Below are positions 18,364-27,660 of a stretch of DNA of 53,975 bases, piece by piece. Where the stretch lies: the NCBI GenBank assembly GCA_021808925.1, contig JAKBAR010000003.1, positions 1 to 53,975 on the forward strand, in the 5' to 3' direction. The first letter of the stretch is position 1; each line of letters opens with the position of its first letter. Under the pieces are notes generated by a model. The model saw only the letters and a program-made list of their open reading frames with translations. It ran no database searches and was not told where the DNA came from. This stretch comes from Pseudomonadota bacterium. GTDB taxonomy: Bacteria; Pseudomonadota; Alphaproteobacteria; Paracaedibacterales; JAKBAR01. The position numbers were made by a program, and so were the translations under genes.

Positions 18364-19104
18364 ATGAGCCGTTTTCAAGGAATTTTTATGAATCTTGGCC
18401 TGGGTGTTGCCTTAGCAACGGGTCTTGTCTACTCCAGCATTGTTGTCACAAAATCCATGGAGCGTATGCGCAGCACCATCGAAGTCAAGGGGTATGCAGA
18501 GCGCAAAATCAAAGCGGATTATGTCAGCTGGACCATTCAATTTACAGCGCGCAATGCTGACCTGGCCCAAGCTTATAAAACCCTTGAGATCTATAAGGAT
18601 GAAATTCTTGGATTTTTAAAAGCAGGGGATGTCAAGGATGCTAAGATCGACATCGGTGGGGTTAATAAACAAACACACTACAAAGGCGATGAAAATGGTC
18701 GCAGCACCAGTGATATTGGATCCTTTGAACTCACGCAAACAGTGACCATCGCCTCGCCTGACATTGATAAAATCAAAGAGCTTGCGCTTAAGATTAGTGC
18801 TCTTGGGGCTAAAGGCATTGAAATTGAACCACGCTCGCCCTCTTATCTTATTGGACGGGAAAAACTTGAGAAAGTTAAGATTGAGCTCCTTGCTGAGGCG
18901 ACAAAAAGTGCTAAGGAGCGTGCGGATCAATTTACCCTTAATAGCGGCACAAATATTGGTCGCCTCATCAGCGCGCGGCAAGGCGTTTTTCAAGTCACAG
19001 GCGAGGATTCGACAGAGGTTGATGACTATGGAACCTATGATACATCCTCCATTGACAAGGTTGTGAAAATCGTTGTGACGCTCTCGTATACAACAGAAAG
19101 CTAA
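18364..19104 (+). CDS. SIMPL (DUF541)-like periplasmic protein
   Basis: 246-aa ORF with an N-terminal TM/signal segment. The pattern IEVKGYAERKIKADYVSWTIQF and the overall size resemble SIMPL-domain proteins. The assignment is tentative. Confidence 0.45.
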   Translation: MSRFQGIFMNLGLGVALATGLVYSSIVVTKSMERMRSTIEVKGYAERKIKADYVSWTIQFTARNADLAQAYKTLEIYKDEILGFLKAGDVKDAKIDIGGVNKQTHYKGDENGRSTSDIGSFELTQTVTIASPDIDKIKELALKISALGAKGIEIEPRSPSYLIGREKLEKVKIELLAEATKSAKERADQFTLNSGTNIGRLISARQGVFQVTGEDSTEVDDYGTYDTSSIDKVVKIVVTLSYTTES

Positions 19105-19205
19105 TCCGTTTAACATAATGGAGTAAGGAATGCAGGGGATTCTTGCCTCTTGGACGAAAATCTTTTAGCATCAGCCATGTTTTAAGCAATAAGGTCTCCT
19201 GATTC

Positions 19206-19931
19206 ATGCGTGAATTTTTCTACAAAACTCAAATTGGCCAAAAATTTCTTGACAGGCCGTGGTATGGATACAACGTGTACCAGGCGGCTAAGCTCGCGGA
19301 ACGCCTTCATATTCCTGAAATTGCGGTGATTGAGTTTGGTGTTGCCACAGGGCGTGGCCTTTTGTGCATTGAAAAGCATGTGGAAGCGATTGAAAAATTT
19401 TCCCCTGTAAAATTTCATATTTATGGGTTTGATACAGGCGGCGGTCTTCCCACACTCGAGGGGTATAAAGATCTTGCCCATCATTGGAAAGCAGGCATGT
19501 TCACAATGGATGTTGAGGGGCTCCAAAAAAAACTAAAACGCGCAAAACTTATTCTTGGGAATGTGCGCGAAACGGTGCCGCAGTTTTTGTTAAAGCACAC
19601 TCCACCCCCGATTGCGTGTGTGCTATTTGATGTGGATTTATATTCCTCCACCCGCGATGCATTGGCTCTTTTTCACGAAAATCACTCTGCTTTTTTGCCA
19701 CGCGTACGCACTTATTTTGATGATATTTTAGGCAATGAACTATCGCTTAATAATGAATTTTTAGGAGAGAAGTGCGCCATTTCTGAATTCAATCACCAAC
19801 AAGAATCGATTAAAATCGCGCAAGTTGCACACCTTCAGGCGAAAAGCATCCGCTATAAATGGTACAGCAAATGCTATGCTACGCATTTTTTTGAGCATCC
19901 ACTGTATGAAAAGTATATTGGGCGCTCGTAA
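19206..19931 (+). CDS. hypothetical protein, possibly TylF/macrocin-O-methyltransferase-like
   Basis: AVIEFGVATGRGL (a SAM-motif-I-like stretch) and VLFDVDLYSSTRDALALF resemble the D-x-DLYEST block of TylF-like methyltransferases. Evidence is weak. Confidence 0.3.
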   Translation: MREFFYKTQIGQKFLDRPWYGYNVYQAAKLAERLHIPEIAVIEFGVATGRGLLCIEKHVEAIEKFSPVKFHIYGFDTGGGLPTLEGYKDLAHHWKAGMFTMDVEGLQKKLKRAKLILGNVRETVPQFLLKHTPPPIACVLFDVDLYSSTRDALALFHENHSAFLPRVRTYFDDILGNELSLNNEFLGEKCAISEFNHQQESIKIAQVAHLQAKSIRYKWYSKCYATHFFEHPLYEKYIGRS

Positions 19932-19958
19932 ACCTTAGGCCCAATAATTAAAAAAATT

Positions 19959-21443
19959 TTACCCAGCGGCTACAACTTTATCCTTTACGGAAATCCCCGA
20001 CAAGAGCGGTGACCACGCAGGATCCGAAGCATTGTGGGGTGTTTTAAGACTCACTTTTACAAGCCCCGTCATATCCATACAGCACAGCTGTGAGCGGACA
20101 TATCCCCCTCGCTGTGGCGCGTGCTCTTTTGTATAGGTAATATAGCGACCATTAGGTGACCAAGCGGCTCCCTCAATTAAATAAGCTTCGTCAATAAGAC
20201 GTTCATTTGAGCCATCAATGTTCATCACACCCAGATAAAAACGCCCCCCGATTTGCTTACTAAACGCAATCAGATCACCCCTTGGCGACCATACGGGCTG
20301 AGAGTATTTTCCAGGCCCCTGACTGATTTGCGTGACACCACTACCGTCCGCGCGCATCATAAACATTTTCTCGAAACCATTACGATCAGAAGTAAAGACG
20401 ATGTATTGTCCATCCGGCGAATAACACGGCGACGTATCAATACGCGTATGCTGTGTAAGCTGGCGTGTTTCTTTTGTCTGAATATTATAGGTATAGAGGG
20501 CTGTAGTTCCATTTTTAGACAAACTCATCACAACCGTCGACCCGTCTGGCGAAAAACGCGGCGCAAAGGTCATGCCCTGGAACTCGCCAAGAAGTTTTGT
20601 TTCTTTTGCCCGCACATCCATTAAATAAACGCCTGCACTGTGCTTATTATAACGCAAATACGCAATATGATGGGTCGAGGGTGAAAAACGCGGCGTGAGG
20701 ACGAGGTTTTTTCCATCCGTCAAATGCACAACATTATGTCCGTCAATATCCATGATGCTGAGGCGTTTTTTCTTGGCTTTACCATAACCTTGCTCATCAA
20801 TAAAAACAATTTGTGAGTCGAAAAAGCCAGCATCACCTGTGACACGCTCATACACCACATCGGCAATCATATGCGCCAGCTTGCGCCACTTTCCCTCTTC
20901 TGCGGAAAGACTAAATCCTTTTAAGAGAATCCCTTTGAGTACATCATAAATTTTAAATTGCACCGTAATTTTTGACCCGCTGTGTTCAACTTTACCAATG
21001 AGCAAAATTTGATCATTAATCACACGCCAGTCTGCAAAACGCACATCGTTATGCACAGACACAGGGTCTTGAATAAATCCAGCACGACTCAAAAGCTCAA
21101 AGCGCCCGCACATTGCAAGGTCGTCCTCAATCACTTGCGTAATTTTTCGCGCAAATTCACCCTCACCCAGAAAAAGAGGAATGGCAATGGGTGTGGGTTT
21201 GATTTGCCCTTTTGTGATTTCGATCACTTCGGGGATGTCGCCGGATGATCCCGCTCCTGGTGCAGCAGGTGCCCCGGGAAGAGTTCCCGTGGGAAGATTC
21301 CCAAGAGGTTTAGGAGCCTCCGCAAATGGTGTAGAGGTCACACACGAAAAGGCACCCAAAAAAAGAAAAATTTTAAAAAACATGGGGAAAGAAAAATAAT
21401 ATTTTATCTCTTCTTTTTTAACCCATGCGGGGGGGCTTCGCAA
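19959..21443 (-). CDS. tolB: Tol-Pal system beta-propeller protein TolB
   Basis: The N-terminal TolB domain is followed by repeated propeller blades (PRFSPDG.., PCYSPDGQYIVFTSDR.., PVWSPRGDLIAF.., AAWSPNGRYITYT..). The likely true start is ATG 21383 (MFFKIFLFLGAF.., a signal peptide). Confidence 0.88.
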   Translation of the reverse strand: MRSPPAWVKKEEIKYYFSFPMFFKIFLFLGAFSCVTSTPFAEAPKPLGNLPTGTLPGAPAAPGAGSSGDIPEVIEITKGQIKPTPIAIPLFLGEGEFARKITQVIEDDLAMCGRFELLSRAGFIQDPVSVHNDVRFADWRVINDQILLIGKVEHSGSKITVQFKIYDVLKGILLKGFSLSAEEGKWRKLAHMIADVVYERVTGDAGFFDSQIVFIDEQGYGKAKKKRLSIMDIDGHNVVHLTDGKNLVLTPRFSPSTHHIAYLRYNKHSAGVYLMDVRAKETKLLGEFQGMTFAPRFSPDGSTVVMSLSKNGTTALYTYNIQTKETRQLTQHTRIDTSPCYSPDGQYIVFTSDRNGFEKMFMMRADGSGVTQISQGPGKYSQPVWSPRGDLIAFSKQIGGRFYLGVMNIDGSNERLIDEAYLIEGAAWSPNGRYITYTKEHAPQRGGYVRSQLCCMDMTGLVKVSLKTPHNASDPAWSPLLSGISVKDKVVAAG

Positions 21444-21468
21444 CGCTTTTTCATCCTCGTCTCAATGA

Positions 21469-22554
21469 TCAATCAATGTCAAAATCCTCAATTTTGTTAT
21501 TTTTATCGTAATCGCCTGTTTGAACAAGTTTATACATTTTCTGATAGCTTGTTATCTTTTTCTCCGTCAGATAATTCAAAAACGTCTCAAGGTCCTGTGG
21601 CGGAAGCACAAAAAGGAGATAAAGGAATTTATCAAAACTGTAATCCCCGCTATGAAGATTATTATCATCTATGAACGTTGAGCGTCTCTCCTCAAAAACG
21701 CTACTCTGTCTGTGGAGGTTTACAGAGGAATCATTTTTTATTTTTTCCCACTCAGTGGTGTTAAAATCTCTGATCGCATCGTCAATACTAATCTTCTTGT
21801 TTTCCATATACTCACAGCGATCGACGATCTTTTTGAACAAAGAATCCCACTCTTTTTCAGGGTGAAGCGAAAGAATCCATGTCAGTTTGTCAGCATAGAA
21901 ATCAGAGCTTTGATCCCCGAGAAGCGAATAAGCATAGTTTTTTTTATTTTCAGAATATTTTTTCCAAAAATCTTTATTATTATCATTTGAATTAAGACGC
22001 GGAGGTTTTTTGCTTTTAATAAATTCCTTGGCACCCTCATAATTTTTTAAAAATGTGTCAGGGAGCGGCACACTATTTTTAAAATACTCCCCCCCAATCG
22101 AAAGGGTCAATTTTTTTTCAGGCGAGAAGTCACTTATGTACGCAATTGGAAGTTCTTTAAGAATAAAATCCAGTTCGGTCGTATTTTCAGGAATTTCTAC
22201 TTTTCTACCAACAAACAGCTGACCCGAAGGAAGCGAAAAATATCCATTCCCTAAATCTTCACGGGAAGGTAGTGCGAATGTAAACTCAGCATTTTCCCAT
22301 TTCTTAATTTCCTTTGATATCTCTTCATCTGAGAGCGTCCTTTCCTTTTTATTTTCAAGACCAATAAAAAGCCCAGGAAATGCCTTCTTAAGCTCATCCT
22401 TTGTAAAAGATTTGTTGTTAACCGTAAAAGTTGCGGATGAAGATTCACCAATATCATGAAGTTCTTCATCCGTAGAATTTGATGCAAAGCATATCGAAAA
22501 AGCAGTGCTGCCCAAGAGAGCGACGGCGGAGACAATAAGAAAATTGAGTTTCAC
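21469..22554 (-). CDS. hypothetical secreted protein
   Basis: 361-aa ORF with a signal peptide (MKLNFLIVSAVALLGSTAFSICFA) and no recognised domain. It ends 25 bp upstream of tolB on the same strand. Confidence 0.45.
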   Translation of the reverse strand: MKLNFLIVSAVALLGSTAFSICFASNSTDEELHDIGESSSATFTVNNKSFTKDELKKAFPGLFIGLENKKERTLSDEEISKEIKKWENAEFTFALPSREDLGNGYFSLPSGQLFVGRKVEIPENTTELDFILKELPIAYISDFSPEKKLTLSIGGEYFKNSVPLPDTFLKNYEGAKEFIKSKKPPRLNSNDNNKDFWKKYSENKKNYAYSLLGDQSSDFYADKLTWILSLHPEKEWDSLFKKIVDRCEYMENKKISIDDAIRDFNTTEWEKIKNDSSVNLHRQSSVFEERRSTFIDDNNLHSGDYSFDKFLYLLFVLPPQDLETFLNYLTEKKITSYQKMYKLVQTGDYDKNNKIEDFDID

Positions 22555-22651
22555 AAGTATTTACCTTTCGCGATTTATTTATCATTATCACTGTCAAAGG
22601 TAAACAAATTCTTAATAAAATAAAAAAGTCAATGGATTATTATGTGTATTA

Positions 22652-23128
22652 TTATTTGAAAGCGACGCCCGTGATCTCATAAGATTTACCACCGCTGGGC
22701 GTGCTGACCTCGACGGTATCGCCTTTTTTCTTGCCAATAAGCGCCCGCGCAAGAGGTGCTGTCACCGACAAAAGACCCCGTTTAATATCGGATTCATCAC
22801 TGCCGACGATTTGATACGTTGCCTCTTCTTCGGTGTCTTCATCAATAAGCGTGACTGTGGCACCAAATTTAATATCTGTTCCAGTGATCGCGGAGACATT
22901 AATAATCTCCGCACGGCCAAGTTTGTCCTCCAGCTCTGCGATGCGCCCTTCGATAAATCCCTGACGCTCCTTTGCCGCATGATATTCAGCGTTTTCAGAA
23001 AGATCCCCGTGCTCGCGCGCTTCTGCAATAGCTTTGATCACAGAAGGTCTCTCATGAGACTTTAAGTGCTTGAGCTCCTCTTGCAAGCGATCAAAACCAG
23101 ATGATGTCATGGGAATTTTTTTATCCAT
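22652..23128 (-). CDS. greA: transcription elongation factor GreA
   Basis: From the likely start ATG 23128: [23 protein letters not shown].. then ..[16 protein letters not shown].. and the C-terminal FKBP-like domain. The ORF track extends 17 codons further upstream. Confidence 0.9.
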   Translation of the reverse strand: MDKKIPMTSSGFDRLQEELKHLKSHERPSVIKAIAEAREHGDLSENAEYHAAKERQGFIEGRIAELEDKLGRAEIINVSAITGTDIKFGATVTLIDEDTEEEATYQIVGSDESDIKRGLLSVTAPLARALIGKKKGDTVEVSTPSGGKSYEITGVAFK

Positions 23129-23256
23129 TGTGCCGCCCAAAATCAGTATGAAGGTAAATATGTTAAATCGAGTTCCCATTCTTCCACAAAAGCAGAAAAG
23201 AATTCAAGATTTTTTGATCAAAAGGCTCTCAAAAACACGAGAACCTTTTTTGTTAG

Positions 23257-23330
23257 TGGAGGCCGGAGCCGGAATCGAACCGACGTCCAAGGATTTGCAA
23301 TCCTCTGCATGACCATTCTGCCATCCGGCC
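23257..23330 (-). tRNA. tRNA-Cys (anticodon GCA)
   Basis: The reverse complement folds as acceptor GGCCGGA/TCCGGCC, anticodon stem GAGGA/TCCTT with loop TTGCAAA, T arm GTCGG-TTCGATT-CCGGC, discriminator U and an encoded CCA. Confidence 0.9.
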
Positions 23331-23402
23331 AGAAAGCAATAGCGTGCATGTGCATTTTCTCGTATAGTCTTATAAAGGATTTAAGTCAAGCTTTTCATCA
23401 AG

Positions 23403-24092
23403 ATGTCTTCTGGTATCGATTTTTATCACATGCGTCAACACATGATCAAAGCACAGCTCCAACCTCAGCATGTGATTGATTCAGTGATTCTCAAAGCCTT
23501 TGAAAAGGTTCCCCGCGAACTTTTTCTTGAACCTAAAATGCATTTTCAAAGCTATTATGATACCGACATCGAGATGTCGACAGATCAGCCCAAAAGGTTT
23601 CTTATTTCGCCTCGCAAACTATCAAAACTTTTCAATCTTGTTGATTTTTCAACGTCTCCTAAGATTCTTTTGATTGGTTTTGCCACAGGATACAGCCTTG
23701 CTCTTGCGTATGAGATGGGGGCGAAAGTCTATGGCATAGAGGAAGATAATCTCCTTTATAGCTTTGCCCAAACAGCCCTTCAAAACTATTTTGATACGTT
23801 TTATGGGGTTACTAATTTTGATGAAGAGCTTCTTATTGATCATCACCCCCTAGCAGGAGGGCTCCTAGAGCATAGCCTTTATGATTACATTATCATCGAG
23901 GGAGGTATCGAAACTCTTCCCTCGACGCTTTTTGATCAGCTGCGCCCTCAGGGAAAAATCATCGGCATTCATTGTCACCAACATCCGATGGGTGTTTTTT
24001 CTGCCACAAAAGAGGGAAAAATGCATATCGATAGCTTTGAAAGCGCTTCGATTCTCAATGGTTTTCACACACAAAGGAGATTTGCACTATGA
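23403..24092 (+). CDS. protein-L-isoaspartate O-methyltransferase family protein
   Basis: 229-aa ORF with a PIMT-like N-terminus (VPRELFL) and SAM motif I (ILLIGFATGYSLALAYEMGAKVYGIEED). It sits upstream of tolC, as in many alphaproteobacteria. Confidence 0.6.
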   Translation: MSSGIDFYHMRQHMIKAQLQPQHVIDSVILKAFEKVPRELFLEPKMHFQSYYDTDIEMSTDQPKRFLISPRKLSKLFNLVDFSTSPKILLIGFATGYSLALAYEMGAKVYGIEEDNLLYSFAQTALQNYFDTFYGVTNFDEELLIDHHPLAGGLLEHSLYDYIIIEGGIETLPSTLFDQLRPQGKIIGIHCHQHPMGVFSATKEGKMHIDSFESASILNGFHTQRRFAL

Positions 24093-24421
24093 TAGTTTTT
24101 CAACACACAGAAATTACTTCTGAAGAATTGTTTGATCTTTTGCAAAAAAACAGTGATGTTGTGCTTATTGATGTGCGCGAAGAAGATGAATTTAATTTGT
24201 GTAAAATAAATGGCAGTATTAACCTTCCGTTAAGACATTTGGTGCAAAACTTGCAGAAGATAGAGCAGGAAAAACCTCTTGTGACGATATGCCATCATGG
24301 TGTTCGAAGTATGCAAGCAGCGATTTTGCTCAAAGAATATGGGTTTAATAATGTTGCAAGTCTTAAAGGGGGACTTGATAACTGGGCAACAACAGTTGAT
24401 TTAACGATGCCACGCTATTAG
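24089..24421 (+). CDS. rhodanese-like domain protein
   Basis: 110-aa single rhodanese domain with the active-site loop CHHGVRS. Overlaps the previous gene by 4 bp. Confidence 0.8.
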   Translation: MIVFQHTEITSEELFDLLQKNSDVVLIDVREEDEFNLCKINGSINLPLRHLVQNLQKIEQEKPLVTICHHGVRSMQAAILLKEYGFNNVASLKGGLDNWATTVDLTMPRY

Positions 24422-24437
24422 GAAAGAACAGATAAAA

Positions 24438-25907
24438 ATGACACTCAAAAAAATATCCATCCTTATGCTAACAACCGCTATAACCTCCGGTGCGTGTTAT
24501 GCTGCAGCAGCTCCAGCAAAGACGGCAACAGCAGCACCTTCTGCTAAAAACACAACGGTTGTGAAAAAAAATGATACAGGTGTCGATACTATTTTTTCGG
24601 CTCTTGAGTCTGCCTATCAAAATAACCCAGAGCTTGCGGCTGAAATCACAAAAGTGAACCAAGCCGACGAGGGAATGGTCCAGGCAAAGGCTGGTTACCG
24701 TCCAAAAGTCGATGGTACCGTAAGCGTGGGCGCCACCAATACAATTAATGGCGGCGAGCTTAAGAGTATTGGCTTTAATACTATCGCGGAACAACAAAGT
24801 GTGCCCACAACATCAGCGGGCATCAACGTATCACAAAATCTTTATCAAGGTGGCGCAACGATTGCCTCTGTAAAGGGCGCAGAGCACCGCATCAAAGGCG
24901 AAAGAGCCCGTCTTTTGATTTTAGAACAAAACATCTTTATTCAGGTTATTCAGGTTATCTTAGATATTATTCTAAAAGAATCTGAAATTGATCTCTATGA
25001 AGGAAATTTAAAATTGCTCCAACAAACCCTTGATGCAACGAATGCAAAATTTGCTGTTGGTGAAGAAACCCGTACGTCTGTTGCGGAATCAGAAGCTCAG
25101 CTTGCTGATGGCGCAGCCCAACTTGAGACAGCACGTTCAGAACTTGAGGGGCTTCGTGCAACTTTTGCAAAACTCACAGGGCGTCAAGCTAAAAAACTCA
25201 TTAAGCCTGATGTTTCAAAAGATATTCCAAAAACTCTCGAGCAAGCGATTCAATTTGCCACAGAAAATAATCCAACAGTCATTGCTGCAAAATTTGATGA
25301 AGCTTTTGCGCGTTATGAGGTTGATCGCATCGGTGCTGGGCTTCTTCCCTCAATTGACCTAAAAGCCAGTAGTACTTTTACTGCATCTACGGATCGTACG
25401 CGCTTTTCTGTTAGAGATAGGATCGTTAGTGGGGGAGATACAAATACAAACCTCAATGCCTCTATCACCATGACAGTACCTCTTTATGAGCAAGGGGCTG
25501 TACGTTCACAAAAACGTAGTGCGCACGAAGCTGCTGCAGGGGCGCGTATTTCCATTGAGACACAGCGCAGGCTTGTTGTCGAAAAACTTGTTTCTTCTTG
25601 GCAAAACTACTTAGCCGCACGGATTAATATTGAGAACTTTAAAAAACAAGTCCAAGCAAGCGAAGTTCGTCTCGATGGCACACGTCAGGAAATGCAGGTT
25701 GGAACACGCGTTCTTTTGGATGTATTAAACGCCCAAAGAGATCTTTTAAGTTCGCAGCTTAATCTTGTCCGCGCTGAACGTGGTTACCTTTTTGAGGCCT
25801 TTAATGTGATTGCAACTATGGGCGGTTTAACAGCTAAACGCATGAAGTTAAAAGTTAATTACTATAATCCTGGCCTGCATTATAATGAGACTAAGGGAAA
25901 AATATAA
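24438..25907 (+). CDS. tolC: TolC family outer membrane channel
   Basis: 489-aa ORF with a signal peptide, an N-terminal LESAYQNNPELAA motif and two internally repeated coiled-coil/beta-barrel halves typical of TolC. Confidence 0.85.
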   Translation: MTLKKISILMLTTAITSGACYAAAAPAKTATAAPSAKNTTVVKKNDTGVDTIFSALESAYQNNPELAAEITKVNQADEGMVQAKAGYRPKVDGTVSVGATNTINGGELKSIGFNTIAEQQSVPTTSAGINVSQNLYQGGATIASVKGAEHRIKGERARLLILEQNIFIQVIQVILDIILKESEIDLYEGNLKLLQQTLDATNAKFAVGEETRTSVAESEAQLADGAAQLETARSELEGLRATFAKLTGRQAKKLIKPDVSKDIPKTLEQAIQFATENNPTVIAAKFDEAFARYEVDRIGAGLLPSIDLKASSTFTASTDRTRFSVRDRIVSGGDTNTNLNASITMTVPLYEQGAVRSQKRSAHEAAAGARISIETQRRLVVEKLVSSWQNYLAARINIENFKKQVQASEVRLDGTRQEMQVGTRVLLDVLNAQRDLLSSQLNLVRAERGYLFEAFNVIATMGGLTAKRMKLKVNYYNPGLHYNETKGKI

Positions 25908-25928
25908 AAAGTTTTATAGGATAACCAT

Positions 25929-26495
25929 ATGATGACAAATCGCAAAGAAAATGATCAGGAGATGTCCATGGAAGAGATCTTAGCCTCCATTCGCAAGTAT
26001 GTCACAGATGATGACAGACCTAAGTATCAAACCTCAACAATCTCGGATATAGAGGAGGAACCCCTTGATCTGCGTCTTGTTAGCCCCCCCCAAGAAACGG
26101 CAACGCGGCCAGAGCCAGCAGCGTATACACCGCCCCCACCTCCGACACAAGAGCATTCAGAACCTCTTGAAACGCATCCGCTATCCTCACCCGCAAACGC
26201 TCAAAAACCAGCACAACAGCCCATCAACGGTATCAATGGATTAACTTCCCCTGAAGCGATGACTGCGTCTGCGCACGCGTTATCTCAACTGAGAGAGACG
26301 ATACAGTCTGCGCAAAAGCAAGAAGAAACGCCAGCAGCTTCCCCTGCAATGCAAAATACATCTTTAGAAGCTATTGCGATGCAAGCCATGGGGCCCTATC
26401 TCAAACAATGGCTTGATACCAACCTTTCTTTGGTCGTAGAGCGCCTTGTAGAAAAAGAAATAAAACGAATTACAGAGGAATTTTTGAAAAAATAG
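25929..26495 (+). CDS. popZ: PopZ-like pole-organising protein (DUF2497)
   Basis: The N-terminal MEEILASIRKYVTDDD motif, a Pro-rich acidic linker and a C-terminal amphipathic block (LKQWLDTNLSLVVERLVEKEIKRITEEF) match the three-part architecture I recall for Caulobacter PopZ. Confidence 0.75.
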   Translation: MMTNRKENDQEMSMEEILASIRKYVTDDDRPKYQTSTISDIEEEPLDLRLVSPPQETATRPEPAAYTPPPPPTQEHSEPLETHPLSSPANAQKPAQQPINGINGLTSPEAMTASAHALSQLRETIQSAQKQEETPAASPAMQNTSLEAIAMQAMGPYLKQWLDTNLSLVVERLVEKEIKRITEEFLKK

Positions 26496-26517
26496 TTTTA
26501 AATTTTTTTTAAAAATA

Positions 26518-26533
26518 TTAACAAAAAATTAAC
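26518..26533 (+). promoter_or_regulatory. CtrA-box-like motif TTAA-N7-TTAAC
   Basis: TTAACAAAAAATTAAC lies about 53 bp upstream of the ATG at 26586. Such motifs can occur by chance in AT-rich DNA. Confidence 0.25.
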
Positions 26534-26585
26534 TTTTGCAAGCTAAATTAGAACGTGTAGAAGACTACTATTAACGGAGACTACC

Positions 26586-26807
26586 ATGTTAAAATTACTA
26601 CTCGCAGCATTCCTCATGTTCGGTGTTGCTCACATTATTCCCTCCCAAGCAGCTGCTCCCGCAGTCGTGAAAGATAAGAAAGCAAAGAAAGAAGAGAAGA
26701 AAAAGATGAAAAAGGAAAAGAAAGAAGCGATACTAAAGAAAAAACAAGAAGCAGCAAAAGCTTCATTCAATAAAAAACAAGCCAAACCTATGGCAGTAGC
26801 TAAATAA
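26586..26807 (+). CDS. small secreted lysine-rich protein
   Basis: 73-aa ORF with a signal peptide (MLKLLLAAFLMFGVAHIIPSQAAA) followed by about 50 residues dominated by K/E/A. A terminator follows. Confidence 0.4.
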   Translation: MLKLLLAAFLMFGVAHIIPSQAAAPAVVKDKKAKKEEKKKMKKEKKEAILKKKQEAAKASFNKKQAKPMAVAK

Positions 26808-26820
26808 TTATACACTGAGA

Positions 26821-26856
26821 AATCCCCTCTAGAGTATACCTACAGGGGATTTTTAT
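26821..26856. terminator. bidirectional rho-independent terminator
   Basis: Stem ATCCCCT (26822-26828) / AGGGGAT (26844-26850), followed by TTTT on the + strand and preceded by an A-rich run. It lies between convergent genes. Confidence 0.6.
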
Positions 26857-26859
26857 GTC

Positions 26860-27525
26860 CTAGTGCCCTGTGAGAAAAAGAATGTGTTTGAGCGTGAATT
26901 GATAGGGCGGCAAGAGAATTTCCCGTAAAATTTCGATGGGATGCCCCAAAAGTTGTTGCGTCAGAAGCGGCATCAAAATACATCCGATTAAAAGAAGAAA
27001 CGTATAAGGCTCCAGCGCCTCCATAGGCTTTTGAAGAAAACGTGGGAGAGCCGCATGCAACACACGCCCGCCATCCAGCGGCAACAGGGGGAGCATATTA
27101 AAAATAGCAAGCATAATATTAATCTGAACGGAATGCACTAAAATATCATTTCCAAGTGTCACAGCCTGACCATTAATATGCAGAAAAAGGGCTGAAAAAA
27201 AAGCAAGGCTGAGGTTAATAAAAGGCCCCGCCCCTGCGACCAAAGCTGTGCCAAGGCGTCCCCAGCGCAGCCTTGAAAAATCCACAGGTACAGGCTTCGC
27301 ATACCCAAATAAAAAAGGAACCCCTGCCACTAAAAGAGATCCTGGCAATAAAATCGTTCCAATAGGATCAATATGTTTGATGGGATTAAGCGTCATGCGC
27401 CCCGCACGCTTAGCTGTCCTGTCCCCAAGCATGAAAGCCACAAGTCCGTGCCCCGCTTCGTGCAGAGTAATGGCTAAAACAAGGGCAATTCCAATACCTA
27501 AAAACCCAATTATTGTCATGAACAC
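26860..27525 (-). CDS. site-2 protease (peptidase M50) family protein
   Basis: 221-aa polytopic membrane ORF with the zinc motif HEAGHGLVA in the first TM helix and a downstream LLPLDGG motif. Confidence 0.75.
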   Translation of the reverse strand: MFMTIIGFLGIGIALVLAITLHEAGHGLVAFMLGDRTAKRAGRMTLNPIKHIDPIGTILLPGSLLVAGVPFLFGYAKPVPVDFSRLRWGRLGTALVAGAGPFINLSLAFFSALFLHINGQAVTLGNDILVHSVQINIMLAIFNMLPLLPLDGGRVLHAALPRFLQKPMEALEPYTFLLLIGCILMPLLTQQLLGHPIEILREILLPPYQFTLKHILFLTGH

Positions 27526-27660
27526 CCCACGAAGAGATTTGTACGGATCAATTTATTTCGTAACCATTATGTCACGGCCGACATCAAATGTCACGCGATC
27601 AAAGACCATGCCCCCTTAAGAAAAAGCGGAGGACCATCGTTTTAAAATATTGATTAAAAA

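Noticed and set aside
27569-27595. The direct repeat ATGTCACG-N11-ATGTCACG upstream of the M50 protease gene.
   Set aside because: There are only two 8-bp copies and no known cognate motif, so chance occurrence cannot be excluded without genome-wide statistics.
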